Shown here: one piece after another, positions 37,769 to 50,177 of the stretch
How the letters are laid out: each line of letters begins with the position of its first letter
Position numbering within the stretch: position 1 is the first letter of the stretch
Assembly: GCF_963921235.1 (NCBI RefSeq)
Contig: NC_086097.1
Coordinates: 212,848,001-212,912,000 of the forward strand
Source: Mobula hypostoma
Taxonomy: Eukaryota
DNA: 64,000 nucleotides
Direction: 5' to 3'
The notes under the pieces: generated by a model
The model's input: only the letters and a program-made list of their open reading frames with translations
Databases searched by the model: none
Told to the model about the DNA's origin: nothing
Made by a program: the position numbers and the translations under genes

Positions 37769-39313
37769 TTACTATATACAATTGAATTAAATAAGGAGTG
37801 TGAAAATAGAGGGGAAAATAGTGAGGGAGTGTACATGGTTCATTGTCCAATCAAGAATCTGATGGCAGAGGAGAAGAAACTGTTCCTAAAATGCTGAGAG
37901 TGTGCCTTCAGGCGAACATACTTCCTCTTTGACGCTGACAATATAAGGAGGACATGTCCTGGGTGATAGGGGTCCTTGATGATGGATGCCGCCTTTTTGA
38001 GGATGTCCTTGATGCTGGGGAGGCTAGTGTCTGCGACGGAGCTCGCAACTTTCTGCAGCTTTTTCAAATCCTGTGCACTGGCCTGGCCCCTCTACATGTG
38101 ATGGTGAAGCAGCCTTTTAGAATGGTCTCCACAGTAAATCTTGTGATTTATTTGCGAGAGTCCTTGGTGGCATACCAAATCTCCTAATGAGACATAGCCG
38201 CTGTCATGCCTTCTTTATAATTGCTCGTCAATATGTTATGCCCAGGATAGATCTTCAGAGATGTTGACATCCAGAACTTGAAAGGAAACTTAGAAGGAAA
38301 GTGAACTACTTGCTGCATAATTTCTACTGATGGTTGATGGAACTGTATGTATTTGATAAAACTAAATCATATATGTTATCAGAAAAGTCAATTACAAAAT
38401 GCAGTGTTATCTTGCATGACAAAAGCCAGAACAGCAAAATTCAAACCTTGATTGGCTTCCCCTCGTACTGTAATGGATGCTGAAACATTGAGTATTCAGT
38501 ACAGTGCCATTGTTGAGAAGTTGAAAATGAACAGGTAACCAGGAACGAATGGATTCCGAGCTCTGTGCCAAGAATGTACGAGGTTGCTTCTGATCTGTCT
38601 CTTACTCCTAAATATTTCATACATTGTTTTCAGCTGCAAAAGAATCAGCCAAACTTTTCTTTGCCCATGGGTTGTTTCATTGAAGTTTCTCTTTATCAGT
38701 GGAGCAGAACCAGTATATTAAGTTGCAGACTATAAAGCTGTGACCTGGACTATCCTTTCCCATGCCACAATGCTCAGTAAAATATACCTGATGATTCAAT
38801 AGTCATGGTTCTGTGCAATTCTTTCACCTACTGATACACTACTCTCTGTGGACATTTGTACCTTTGAAAAGCAACACCGCAACACACCACACATTTAAAG
38901 AATCATTGCCTGAGCCAGTGGAAATCAGCAGCAACTAGTCTGCAAGTTGTGAATGATCTCTTAAAACTGTACTATTGGACATGTGTTTGGTTACACAAGG
39001 TTAAGACAGCGTAATTAGCAGTTCTCAGCTCCAAGAATGACAGTCATTTCTGTGAATGCTGATTAACTTCACAATCTGCCTACTCTGAAATCTTCCAGCC
39101 AGCATTCATTGTGCACATGCTGAAGCTCTCATCAAATGGTGTATTTTTGCAATGAACACCATTAACGTATGTTAGATCCAGGACTGGAAACAGTTCAACA
39201 TCCATAACTTTTAAATCAATATGGAGCAAATGTTGCACACCAGAGTGAGATTTCAACCCTCAAACTTCTCTGCCCAGTAGCAAGACATCTTTCAAAGCTC
39301 TCAGTGATTTAAA

Positions 39314-39349
39314 ACATATGTGATGCTGCATATGTAGCATCACATATGT
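39314..39349. repeat. 36-bp palindrome with one mismatch
   Basis: ACATATGTGATGCTGCAT|ATGTAGCATCACATATGT. Confidence 0.95.
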
Positions 39350-40600
39350 AACATACTGTATGGATTCTACAATCTATACAACCTTACAGAAGCAAAGTAT
39401 GCTCCCCTTTAGCTTGTTAATTTTAATATCTGGACTCACTAATGTAATTAATAAAATATATTATGCATTTATTTGATTCCAGTGTTTAAAATTCCTTTGC
39501 TGAGAATTGAAGAAAATATGTATGATAAAAGACTTTTGGATTATTAGACCCAGTTCTTTCAGGACGAATACAACTGTGACCTGCATTGTATTATGTATTA
39601 TACCCAATGTATTCAATCTCCTAAGGGACCTGAATAACCACAGGTAAAACATCCAACAAGATAAAGCTCTGAAAAATTTCCCTCTAGTTCTCTGAAATAA
39701 TTCTGCAAAACTCTAGGATATCAATCTCACATGACAGCCCATATAATTCAAACCTGGCTTATTATATTGCACAGATGACATTTCCATGGTCCTGTCAGTG
39801 CATGAACTATTATGCTCCATTTGATCATTTATGCTTATTCTCGCAATCTTTAAGCCACTTAGACAGATTTCTTTAAATCGTTTAAAAATAAAGTAATCAA
39901 CTTCACATTAAATGCCAAAATGTCTCACAGATGGTGTTATATTATTGCATGTTTTGAGGAGTTAACAATTGAGGTGCATGTGGGGTTTCATATTGTGGGT
40001 GCACAGATTTGAAATTGTTCACAACAATAGTTGCTTTGCTCCTGGAACTATTGGATTCCATGGAATTCTATTTGGCATAATGTTAAACAGTTTACTGGTG
40101 GAGGGGGGGGAGCGTTAGCTTTCCAGCTTAATGCAGTTCTTAATCACGTACATCACATTTTCATCAGAACTCGTAGCAACCTTTTCATCGGTATATGGTA
40201 CGCTTCTTGAGTCATCTGTTCTACTTTAAAATGAATTATTATAAGTCCATTTGTTTACATTATCCAGATTTTTTTGAATTGTGTCAATGGTCATTACCAC
40301 TGCTAGCTTAGCATATTGATGAGATTCAGCAGGAATATCTAAGCAGAAGTATGTTCCTCTGCATTATCAGTGAACAAACTGTCCAAAATAACCAAAGAGT
40401 ACCATAGGAGAACTCTGCAACTTACACACAACAGATAGACTTATTTATTTCTTATTTCTAATTCTGTTTTTATTTCTTATTTGAATTTATTTGAGTCCAT
40501 TCAATTCAACCACTTAATTGACAAAGCATTTCAAGAAAGTTAATCTTATGTAAAGCTTTTATATGTAAAATGTATTCTGAAAGAATATTTTATCTTTGTA

Positions 40601-40768
40601 AACAGCAGGAATTCTGCAGATGCTGGGAATTCAAGCAACACACATCAAAGTTGCTGGTGAACGCAGCAGGTCAGGCAGGATCTGTAGGAAGAGGTGCACT
40701 CGACGTTTCAGGCCGAGACCCTTCGTCAGGACTAACGAATGGTCTCGGCCTGAAACGTCGACTGCACC
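40601..40768. mobile_element. Fold-back pLTR insertion (young family)
   Basis: TSD TTTTATCTTTGTA at 40588-40600 and 40769-40781; minus arm 40601-40734, plus arm from 40735. Confidence 0.93.
40698..40733 (-). ncRNA. Minimal hammerhead ribozyme motif
   Basis: AGTC CTGACGA A GGGTCTCGGCCT GAAA CG TC GAGT. Confidence 0.65.
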
Positions 40769-41345
40769 TTTTATCTTTGTATGTTCTTTGTTTGCTCATT
40801 TATATGCTGACCACCTCTGTGTAGCTTTAAATGAATGAACATCAATTAAAATATTCTGAAGAAGATTTCTCCATTTGATACATTAGCGTAATTAATCCTT
40901 AATTTTCAATTCATGCCTTACATTCTTTTAAATATCAAAATATCAGTTGTCTTGCTCTATTTAGCAAATATGGACCAAAATACTAAAATAGCTCAAAAAT
41001 ATATTCAAACAGTATTTATTTCAGAACCTTTTATCCTAGAATGTTAAGACAAAGTAAAGTTTATAAAATTAGTAATGCACAAACTTCCCAAACTTTTGCT
41101 GAATTCTTAAAATTGGTACTTCAGCCTGTTTACGTCCTTTATACAAATCTTATTCTGTGAAAAGAACTGTCACTCTGAATCTTTTCTCCAGCATCCTTTC
41201 AAATTCATATTGCATTAGTTATCCATTTTCAATGTCATTCTATTAAATCTTGGACAATTTCCCCATCTTTTTTCTGTCAAAACTATTATTTGTTGCTCTG
41301 CTCAGATTTTGGTGTTGTTTTGTGTATATTTGTATACTGTATACG

Positions 41346-43104
41346 CATAGAAACATAGAAAATAGGTGCAGGAGTAGGCCGTTCGGCCTTTCGAGCCTGC
41401 ACCGCCATTTATTATGATCATGGCTGATCATCCAACTCAGAACCCCGCCCCAGCCTTCCCTCCATACCCCCTGACCCCCGTAGCCACAAGGGCCATATCT
41501 AACTCCCTCTTAAATATAGCCAATGAACTGGCCTCAACTGTTTCCTGTGGCAGAGAATTCCACAGATTCACCACTCTCTGTGTGAAGAAGTTTTTCCTCA
41601 TCTCGGTCCTAAAAGGCTTCCCCTCTATCCTCAAACTGTGGCCCCTCGTTCTGGACTTCCCCAACATCGGGAACAATCTTCCTGCAATCTAGCCTGTCCA
41701 ATCCCTTTAGGATCTTATACGTTTCAATCAGATCCCCCCTCAATCTTCTAAATTCCAATGAGTACAAGCCCAGTTCATCCAGTCTTTCTTCATATGAAAG
41801 TCCTGCCATCCCAGGAATCAATCTGGTGAACCTTCTTTGTACTCCCTCTATGGCAAGGATGTCTTTCCTCAGATTAGGGGACCAAAACTGCACAGAATAC
41901 TCCAGGTGTGGTCTCACCAAGGCCTTGTACAACTGCAGTAGTACCTCCCTGCTCCTGTACTCGAATCCTCTCGCTATAAATGCCAGCATACCATTCACCT
42001 TTTTCACCGCCTGCTGTACCTGCATGCCCACTTTCAATGACTGGTGTATAATGACACCCAGGTCTCGTTGCACCTCCCCTTTTCCTAATCGGCCACCATT
42101 CAGATAATAATCTGTTTTCCTATTTTTGCCACCAAAGTGGATAACTTCACATTTATCCACATTAAATTGCATCTGCCATGAGTTTGCCCACTCACCCAAC
42201 CTATCCAAGTCACCCTGCATCCTCTTAGCATCCTCCTCACTGCTAACACTGCCACCCAGCTTCGTGTCATCCGCAAACTTGGAGATGCTGCATTTAATTC
42301 CCTCATCCAAGTCATTAATATATATTGTAAACAACTCTCTCCCTCCTTTTTTAAAAAGTGAAGTTACATTAGCCACCCTCCAATCCTCAGGAACTAGTCC
42401 AGAATCTAACGAGTTTTGAAAAATTATCACTAATGCATCCACTATTTCTTGGGCTACTTCCTTAAGCACTCTAAGATGCAGACCATCTGGCCCTGGGGAT
42501 TTATCTGCCTTCAATCCCTTCAATTTACCTAACACCACTTCCCTACTAACATGTATTTCACTCAGTTCCTCCATCTCACTGGACCCTCTGTCCCTTACTA
42601 TTTCTGGAAGATTATTTATGTCCTCCTTAGTGAAGACAGAACCAAAGTAATTATTCAATTGGTCTACCATGTCCTTGCTCCCCATAATCAATTCACCTGT
42701 TTCTGTCTGCAGGGGACCTACATTTGTCTTTATCAGTCTTTTCCTTTTTACATATCTATAAAAGCTTTTACAGTCCATTTTTATGTTCCCTGCCAGTTTT
42801 CTCTCATAATCTTTTTTCCCCTTCCTAATTAAGCCCTTTGTCCTCCTCTGCTGAACTCTGAATTTCTCCCAGTCCTCAGGTGAGCCACTTTCTCTGGCTA
42901 ATTTGTATGCTACTTCTTTGGAATTGATACTATCCCTAATTTCTCTTGTCAGCCACGGGTGCATTACCTTCCTTGATTTATTCTTTTGCCAAACTGGGAT
43001 GAACAATTGTTGTAGTTCATCCATGCAACCTTTAAATGCTTGCCATTGCATATCCACCGTCAATCCTTTAAGTGTCATTTGCCAGTCTATCTTAGCTAAT
43101 TCAC
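41346..43104 (-). mobile_element. Young CR1, 5'-truncated, with an in-frame 426-bp RT deletion
   Basis: ORF reads KKGGRE|LFTIY, 142 aa shorter than the 44.5-kb copy; FADD intact; late frameshift. Confidence 0.97.
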
Positions 43105-43158
43105 GTGTGTCTCTAGTTGTTATATGCACCGGTGTGTCTCTAGTTGTTATATGCACCG
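43105..43158. repeat. 27-bp exact tandem duplication at the CR1 5' junction
   Basis: GTGTGTCTCTAGTTGTTATATGCACCG x2. Confidence 0.95.
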
Positions 43159-43419
43159 GCCCCTTAAAGGTATTTAAATTTATAACTCAGCATTTCCAGC
43201 AAAGTCACAAATGGTTTCCTTTGGGGTTCAGCTTTATATTTATTAGTACCTCTAACTATGCTTTGAGTATTTTCTGTACAATCTGTGGTTATGTGTTTTA
43301 TAGCCATTGCTTCATAGTAAGAGGGCTCTTGTGTTCATAGAAGATCATTTTTATTTTCTTATCAATACAATGCTTATTTCACTATTTTGGAGACATGTCA
43401 TGAGCTAATCTTAATGTGA

Positions 43420-43850
43420 ATTAGAATCAGAATCAGAGTCAGGTTTAATATTATTGGCGTATGTTGTGAATTTTGTTGTTTGGCGGCGGCAGCACATTGC
43501 AATACATTATCATTTTTAAAACTATAAATTACAATGTGAACTATATATATATAAAAATTTAAATTCAATAAGTAGTGCAAAAAGAGAACAAAAAAGTAGT
43601 GAGATAGTGTACTTGGGTTCAATGTTGTCTTGTAAGAAGTAATGGCCCACAAACCCTGGCAGAACTGATGTGCATCTGATTCTGTCTCTGACTTCAACCA
43701 GAATTTTTTTTATTGCTCTTAAATAGCCTTCTGTAAATTGTATCTGGACTTCCTGTATAACGCTGGATCACCACAGATCCAGAGTCTTGAATGCCACAGA
43801 TACTACAAATCTCCTGGCTCATCAAATGGCCTCTTAGTTTAGGTATGTCC
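43420..43850 (-). mobile_element. Rex1/Babar-type remnant (3' tail joined to an internal piece)
   Basis: (TCTGAT)n tail; QGLWAITSYK motif. Confidence 0.65.
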
Positions 43851-44531
43851 AGTATATTACTGAAGGCCCATCCACACAGGTCTTACTGAAGTCAGTGGCA
43901 ACTATGGAATATTCATGGAGATTCAAAGATGATTCCCTGAATATTGACCCTTGACCATACCTTCTTAATCCTCACCATTAGTGCTGCGGTCTCTATCTCT
44001 GCCTACACAGTGAGAGTAGAAGTATAGCCAGGTGATTTTATTTTCCAAAGTGCGGGTGTGAGATGGCATGGTAAGTGTTCTTGATGGTAGTGTAACAGTG
44101 GTCAAGTGTATTGGCTCCTTTGGTTCCACAGGTGAAGTGTCGGTGGTAGTTATTCAGAGACCTCTTCAAGCCCGCCTAGTTGAAATCCCCCTAAACAACA
44201 AGGAAGGGATGAGGATGCACTTTTTCATGACAGCTGATCACAGTGCTCAGTTCCTCCAGTGCCTGCCTGAAGCTGGTCAGAGGTGGAATGTCCACTGCTA
44301 CCAGGATGATGGTGGAAATTTCCTTCTGCACTCACTCATGAAAATAATTTCAAAATTGCCTTATTGAGTATACTTTTCCAAGTCTAATTATATCAAATCA
44401 TTTCAAACAGTATTTTTGACATTAAGTGCTCATTACTGACGTTCCTTTCCCATCAATTATGCAAAGACCAAGACACAGAAAGCAATCACTGCACTACATT
44501 TATGAAGTTCAAAAGAAGTATCAGTATTAAC

Positions 44532-47155
44532 AAACATAGAAACATAGAAACATAGAAAATAGGTGCAGGAGTAGGCCATTCGGCCCTTCGAGCCTGCACC
44601 GCCATTTATTATGATCATGGCTGATCATCCAACTCAGAACCCAGCCTTCCCTCCATACCCCCTGACCCCTGTAGCCACAAGGGCCATATCTAACTCCTCT
44701 CAAACATAGCCAATGAACTGGCCTCAACAGTTTGCTGTGGCAGAGAATTCCACAGATTCACCACTCTCTGTGTGAAGAAGTTTTTCCTCATCTCGGTCCT
44801 AAAAGGCTTCCCCTCTATCCTCAAACTGTGACCCCTCGTTCTGGACCTCCCCAACATCGGGAACAATCTTCCCGCATCTAGCCTGTCCAATCCCTTTAGG
44901 ATCTTATACGTTTCAATCAGATCCCCCCTCAATCTTCTAAATTCCAACGAGTACAAGCCCAGTTCATCCAGTCTTTCTTCATATGAAAGACCTGCCATCC
45001 CAGGAATCAATCTGGTGAACCTTCTTTGTACTCCCTCTATGGCAAAGATGTCTTTCATCAGATTAGGGGACCAAAACTGCACACAATACTCCAGGTGTGG
45101 TCTCACCAAGGCCTTGTACAACTGCAGTAGTACCTCCCTGCTCCTGTACTCGAATACTCTCGCTATAAATGCCAGCATACCGTTCGCCTTTTTCACCGCC
45201 TGCTGTACCTGCATGCCCACTTTCAATGACTGGTGTATAATGACACCCAGGTCTCGTTGCACCTCTCCTTTTCCTAATCGGCCACCATTCAGATAATAAT
45301 CTGTTTTCCTATTTTTGCCACCAAAGTGGATAACTTCACATTTATCCACATTAAATTGCATCTGCCATGAGTTTGCCCACTCACCCAACCTATCCAAGTC
45401 ACCCTGCATCCTCTTAGCATCCTCCTCACTGCTAACACTGCCACCCAGCTTCGTCTCATCCGCAAACTTGGAGATGCTGCATTTAATTCCCTCATCCAAG
45501 TCATTAATATATATTGTAAACAACTGGGGTCCCAGCACTGAGCCTTGCGGTACCCCACTAGTCACCGCCTGCCATTCTGAAAAGGTCCCGTTTATTCCCA
45601 CTCTTTGCTTCCTGTCTGCTAACCAATTCTCCACCCACACCAATACCTTACCCCCAATACCGTGTGCTTTAAGTTTGCACACTAATCTCCTGTGTGGGAC
45701 CTTGTCAAAAGCCTTTTGAAAATCCAAATATACCACATCCACTGGTTCTCCCCTATCCACTCTACTAGTTACATCCTCAAAAAATTCTATGAGATTCGTC
45801 AGGCATGATTTTCCTTTCACAAATCCATGCTGACTTTGTCCGATCATTTCACCGCTTTCCAAATGTGCTGTTATCACATCCTTGATAACTGACTCCAGCA
45901 GTTTCCCCACCACCGACGTTAGGCTAACCGGCCTATAATTCCCCGGTTTCTCTCTCCCTCCTTTTTTAAAAAGTGGGGTTATATTAGCCACCCTCCAATC
46001 CTCAGGAACTAGTCCAGAATCTAATGAGTTTTGAAAAATTATCACTAATGCATCCACTATTTCTTGGGCTACCTCCTTAAGCACTCTGGGATGCAGACCA
46101 TCTGTCCCTGGGGATTTATCTGCCTTCAATCCCTTCAATTTACCTAACACCACTTCCCTACTAACATGTATTTCACTCAGTTCCTCCATCTCACTGGACC
46201 CTCTGTCCCTTACTATTTCTGGAAGATTATTTATGTCCTCCTTAGTGAAGACAGAACCAAAGTAATTATTCAATTGGTCTACCATGTCCTTGCTCCCCAT
46301 AATCAATTCACCTGTTTCTGTCTGCAGGGGACCTACATTTGTCTTTATCAGTCTTTTCCTTTTTACATATCTATAAAAGCTTTTACAGTCCGTTTTTATG
46401 TTCTCTGCCAGTTTTCTCTCATAATCTTTTTTCCCCTTCCTAATTAAGCCCTTTGCCCTCCTCTGCTGAACTCTGAATTTCTCCCAGTCCTCAGGTGAGC
46501 CACTTTCTCTGGCTAATTTGTATGCTACTTCTTTGGAATTGATACTATCCCTAATTTCTCTTGTCAGCCACGGGTGCACTACCTTCCTTGATTTATTCTT
46601 TTGCCAAACTGGGATGAACAATTGTTGTAGTTCATCCATGCAACCTTTAAATGCTTGCCATTGCATATCCACCGTCAATCCTTTAAGTGTCATTTGCCAG
46701 TCTATCTTAGCTAATTCACGTCTCATACCTTCAAAGTTACCCCTCTTTAAGTTCAGAACCTTTGTTTCTGAATTAACTATGTCACTCTCCATGTTAATGA
46801 AGAATTCCACCATATTATGGTCACTCTTACCCAAGGGGCCTCTCACGACAAGATCGCTAATTAACCCTTCCTCATTGCTCAAAACCCAGTCCAGAATAGC
46901 CTGCTCTCTAGTCGGTTCCTCGACATGTTGGTTCAAAAAACCATCCCGCATACATTCCAAGAAATCCTCTTCCTCAGCACCTTTACCAATTTGGTTCACC
47001 CAGTCTACTTGTAGATTGAAGTCACCCATTATAACTACTGTTCCTTTATTGCACACATTTCTAATTTCCTGTTTAATACCATCTCCGACCTCACTACTAC
47101 TGTTAGGTGGCCTGTACACAACTCCCACCAGCGTCTTCTGCCCCTTAGTGTTACG
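44532..47155 (-). mobile_element. Young CR1 with an 824-codon ORF2 (partial APE plus RT), FADD mutated to FADE
   Basis: VGVVYRPP, MGDFN, LGKSDHN and all RT motifs; GAG codon at 45455-45457; (TTTCTATG)n tail. Confidence 0.98.
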
Positions 47156-47574
47156 AATGAACAAATGTGTCCATCCACAGTACTCCCAGTGTAAAGGACT
47201 GTCTGCAGATTAAACTCAGCCATGGTAACAATGGGTAATGAGGATTCTTATTTCTCCAAATAGAAATTTGTTATGTTCACACAAGACAAGATTTTTGACT
47301 TGTTTACCTCAATGCCAATAGCATACCCATTAAACGAGGGACACGTTTAACAGGTGTCTGGACTTTGTTGCTAGGGTTAATGAAGGGTGTTTGGCCTGAA
47401 ACATTAAAATTGCTTCCCTTTCCACAAATGCTGCCTGACCTGTTGAGAGATCCCAGTATTTTCTGGGTTTTTGTCAGAATTACCTAGCTGCATATGAGTA
47501 TACCTAAACTGACCACATTTTCTTTTTTTTAAGAACACATTATAGCAGTTAGGAAATGTATATCAACAATGGTG

Positions 47575-48075
47575 AAATGCTTCCACTCAGGTGAGTACTG
47601 AAATGGCTGATGAGCCCACCGTAGAAATATAAATTCCCCTGCAGATGGGGCAGAGGATGCCTGATGTGGTGTATGGGTGGGGAGTTTGTGAGCTGCTGCT
47701 CTTCCTTCTGTTGCTTACGCAGGGCTTCACACCACTTCCTCGGATCTCCATACCATCCTGAACTCTGAATGACTGTGGGCCCTGGAGATTCCCAAGAGTC
47801 TGGGGAGGTGCTGCATTGCTTCAAAGAGGCTTTCAACACATCCCTGAAGCTCTTCACATGACGAAGTATAGAAAAAGTTACATTTTGGGGACATCTAGTT
47901 TCATGCTCTTTAGACCAACAATGCTACTATTCCTGAGCAATAATAAGTTGATAAGAAACATATCCCAACTAAAAAATGACAAGGCCTCAGGAGCAGAAGA
48001 CATCAATGCTGAAACTCAAAACTCGTCAGCGAAGCATTTCAATCATGAATCTACAATCTCATTGTTGACATCTGG
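47575..48075. mobile_element. RTE LINE fragments (C-terminus on minus, 47575-47860; RT N-part on plus, 47950-48075)
   Basis: KSFRDVLKASLKQC...DSWE and GLISHFSTH; QLKNDKASGAEDINAE. Confidence 0.65.
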
Positions 48076-48254
48076 GAATATTCAATATGCCATCTGCAAC
48101 ACCCAGTGAACAGTCATGGTGCATTTATTTCATGACTGTCAGTTCAGGCCAAAAAAAAACTGAACTTCTTTGATAAACTGAAGAACAGTTATTTTGCAAA
48201 GAAAGCAACTCTAAGTATTTTCCAAGTCTCGGTGCTTAAGAATATAGACAACAT

Positions 48255-50177
48255 CAAAAATTCGAAAAACTAGGTAATGATAGAGGTCTAGGAAATTATA
48301 AGGCTAGCAGGAAGGAGCTTAAGAATGAAATTAGGAGAGCCAGAAGGGGCCATGAGAAGGCCTTGGTGGACAGGATTAAGGGAAACCCCGAAGCATTTGA
48401 CAAGTATGTGAAGAGCAAGAGGATAAGACGTCAGAGAATAGGACCAATCAAGTGTGATTGTAACCAGAGGAAGTAGCTGAGGTACTTAATGAATACTTGG
48501 TTTCAGTATTCACTATGGAAAATGTCCTTGGCGATTGTAGGGATGACTTATAATGGACTGAAAAGCTTGAGCATATAGACATTAAGAAAGAGGATGTGCT
48601 GGAACTTTTGGAAAGCATCAAGTTGGATAAGTCACCAGGACCGGATTAGATATACTCCAGGCTACTGTGGGAGGACAGGCAGGAGATTGCTGAGCCTCTG
48701 AAAATGACCTTTGGGGACGGGAGAGGTTCCAGAGGATTGGAGGGTTGCAGGTGTTCTTCCCTTATTTAAGAAAGGGAGTAGGGATAGCCCAGGAAATTAT
48801 AGACCAGTGAGCCTTACTTCAGTGGTTGGTAAGTTGGTGGAGAAGATCCTGAGAGGCAGGATTTATGAACATTTGGAGAGGCAGGATTCATGAACGTTTG
48901 GAGAGGCATAATATGATTAGGGATATTCAGCATGGATTTGTCAAAGGCAAATCTTGCCTTATGAGCCTGATTGCATTGTTTGAGGATGTGACTAAACACA
49001 TTGATGAAGGTAGAGCCGTAGATGTAGTGTATATGGATTTCAGCAAGGCATTTGATAAGGCACCCCATGCAAGGCTTATTGAGAAAGTAAGGAAGCATCG
49101 GATCCAAGGGGACCTTGCTTTGTGGATCCAGAATTGGCTTGTCCACAGAAGGCAAAGAGTGGTTGTCGACAGGTCATATTCTGCATGGAGGTCAGTGCCT
49201 TAGGGATCTGTTCTGGAACCCCTTCTCTTCGTGATGTTAATAATTAACCTGGATGAGGAAGTGGAGGGATGGGTTAGTAAATCTGCTGATGACACAAAGG
49301 TTGGGAGTGTTGTGGATAGTGTGGAGGGCTGTCAGATGTTACAGCGGGACATCGATAGGATGCAAAACTGGGCTGAGAAGTGGCAGATAGAGTTCAACCC
49401 AGACAAGTGTGAAGTAGTTCATTTTGGTAGGTCAAATATGATGGCAGAATATAATACTAATGATAAGACTCTTGGCAGTGTGGAGGATGAGACGAATCTT
49501 GGGGTCCGAGTCCATAGGGCACTCAAAGCTGCTACACAGGTTGACTCTGTGTTGAAGGAGGCATACGGTGCATTGACCTTCATCAATCATGGGATTGAGT
49601 TTAGGTGCCGAGAGGTAATGTTGCAGCTATATAGAACCCTGGTCAGACCCCACTTGGAGTACTGTGCTCAGTCCTGGTCACCTCACTACAGGAAGGATGT
49701 GGAAACAATAGAAAGAGTGCAGAGTAGATTTACAAGGATGTTGCCCGGATTGGTGGGCATGTCTTATGAGAATAGGTTGAGTGAACTCGGCCTTTTCTCC
49801 TTGGATCAACGGAGGATGAGAGGTGACCTGACAGAGGTGTATAAGATGACGAGAGGCATTGATCGTGTGGATAGTCAGAGGCTTTTTCCCAGGGCTGAAA
49901 TGGCTAGCACGAGAGGGCACAGTTTTAAGGCGCTTGGAAGTAGGCACAGAGAAGTCAGGGGTAAGTTTAGTATGCAGAGAGTGATGAGTTCGTGAAATGG
50001 GCTTCCGGTGACGGTGGTGGAGGCGGATACAATAGCGTCTTTTAAGAGGCTCCTGTACAGCATTGTGGGTATGGGTAACCCGAGGTAAATTCTAAAGTAA
50101 GTACATGTTCAGCACAGCTTTGTGGGCCGAAGGTCCTGTATTCTGCTGTAGGTTTTCGATGTTTCTATGTTTCTATG
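48255..50177 (+). mobile_element. CR1 LINE (subfamily of 10886-12827), decayed
   Basis: NYRPVSLTSVVGK, YMDFSKAFD, SADDTK, LVRPHLEYC; TTTCTATG tail; 25-bp tandem duplication at 48851-48900. Confidence 0.95.

Larger units (their letters stand above)
36810..38285 (-). mobile_element. Rex1/Babar-type 3' fragment split by insertions at ~36890-37765
   Basis: KKAASIIKDPYHPGH..FRNSFFSSAIRFL (37840-38067); tail at 36810-36885. Confidence 0.75.

Noticed and set aside
40150..40225. CpG-containing minus-strand exon candidate (similar weak candidates near 30150, 36080, 38607 and 53950)
   Set aside because: Splice sites are weak, frames are ambiguous, and no consistent phase chain links the stronger exon candidates.
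42325..42345. 426-bp CR1 deletion as a spliced-out intron
   Set aside because: The segment ends in CAG but has no GT/GC donor; AG microhomology suffices to explain it.
44690..47164. 824-aa ORF as an active or domesticated RT
   Set aside because: It is 5'-truncated in the endonuclease, its start comes from flanking DNA, a catalytic Asp is mutated, and the C-terminus is frameshifted.
45315..47213. Recurrent ORFs MPPKWITSHL.., MNLLCTPSM.., MYATSLEL..
   Set aside because: These are antisense shadows of CR1 ORF2, repeated only because the CR1s are repeated.
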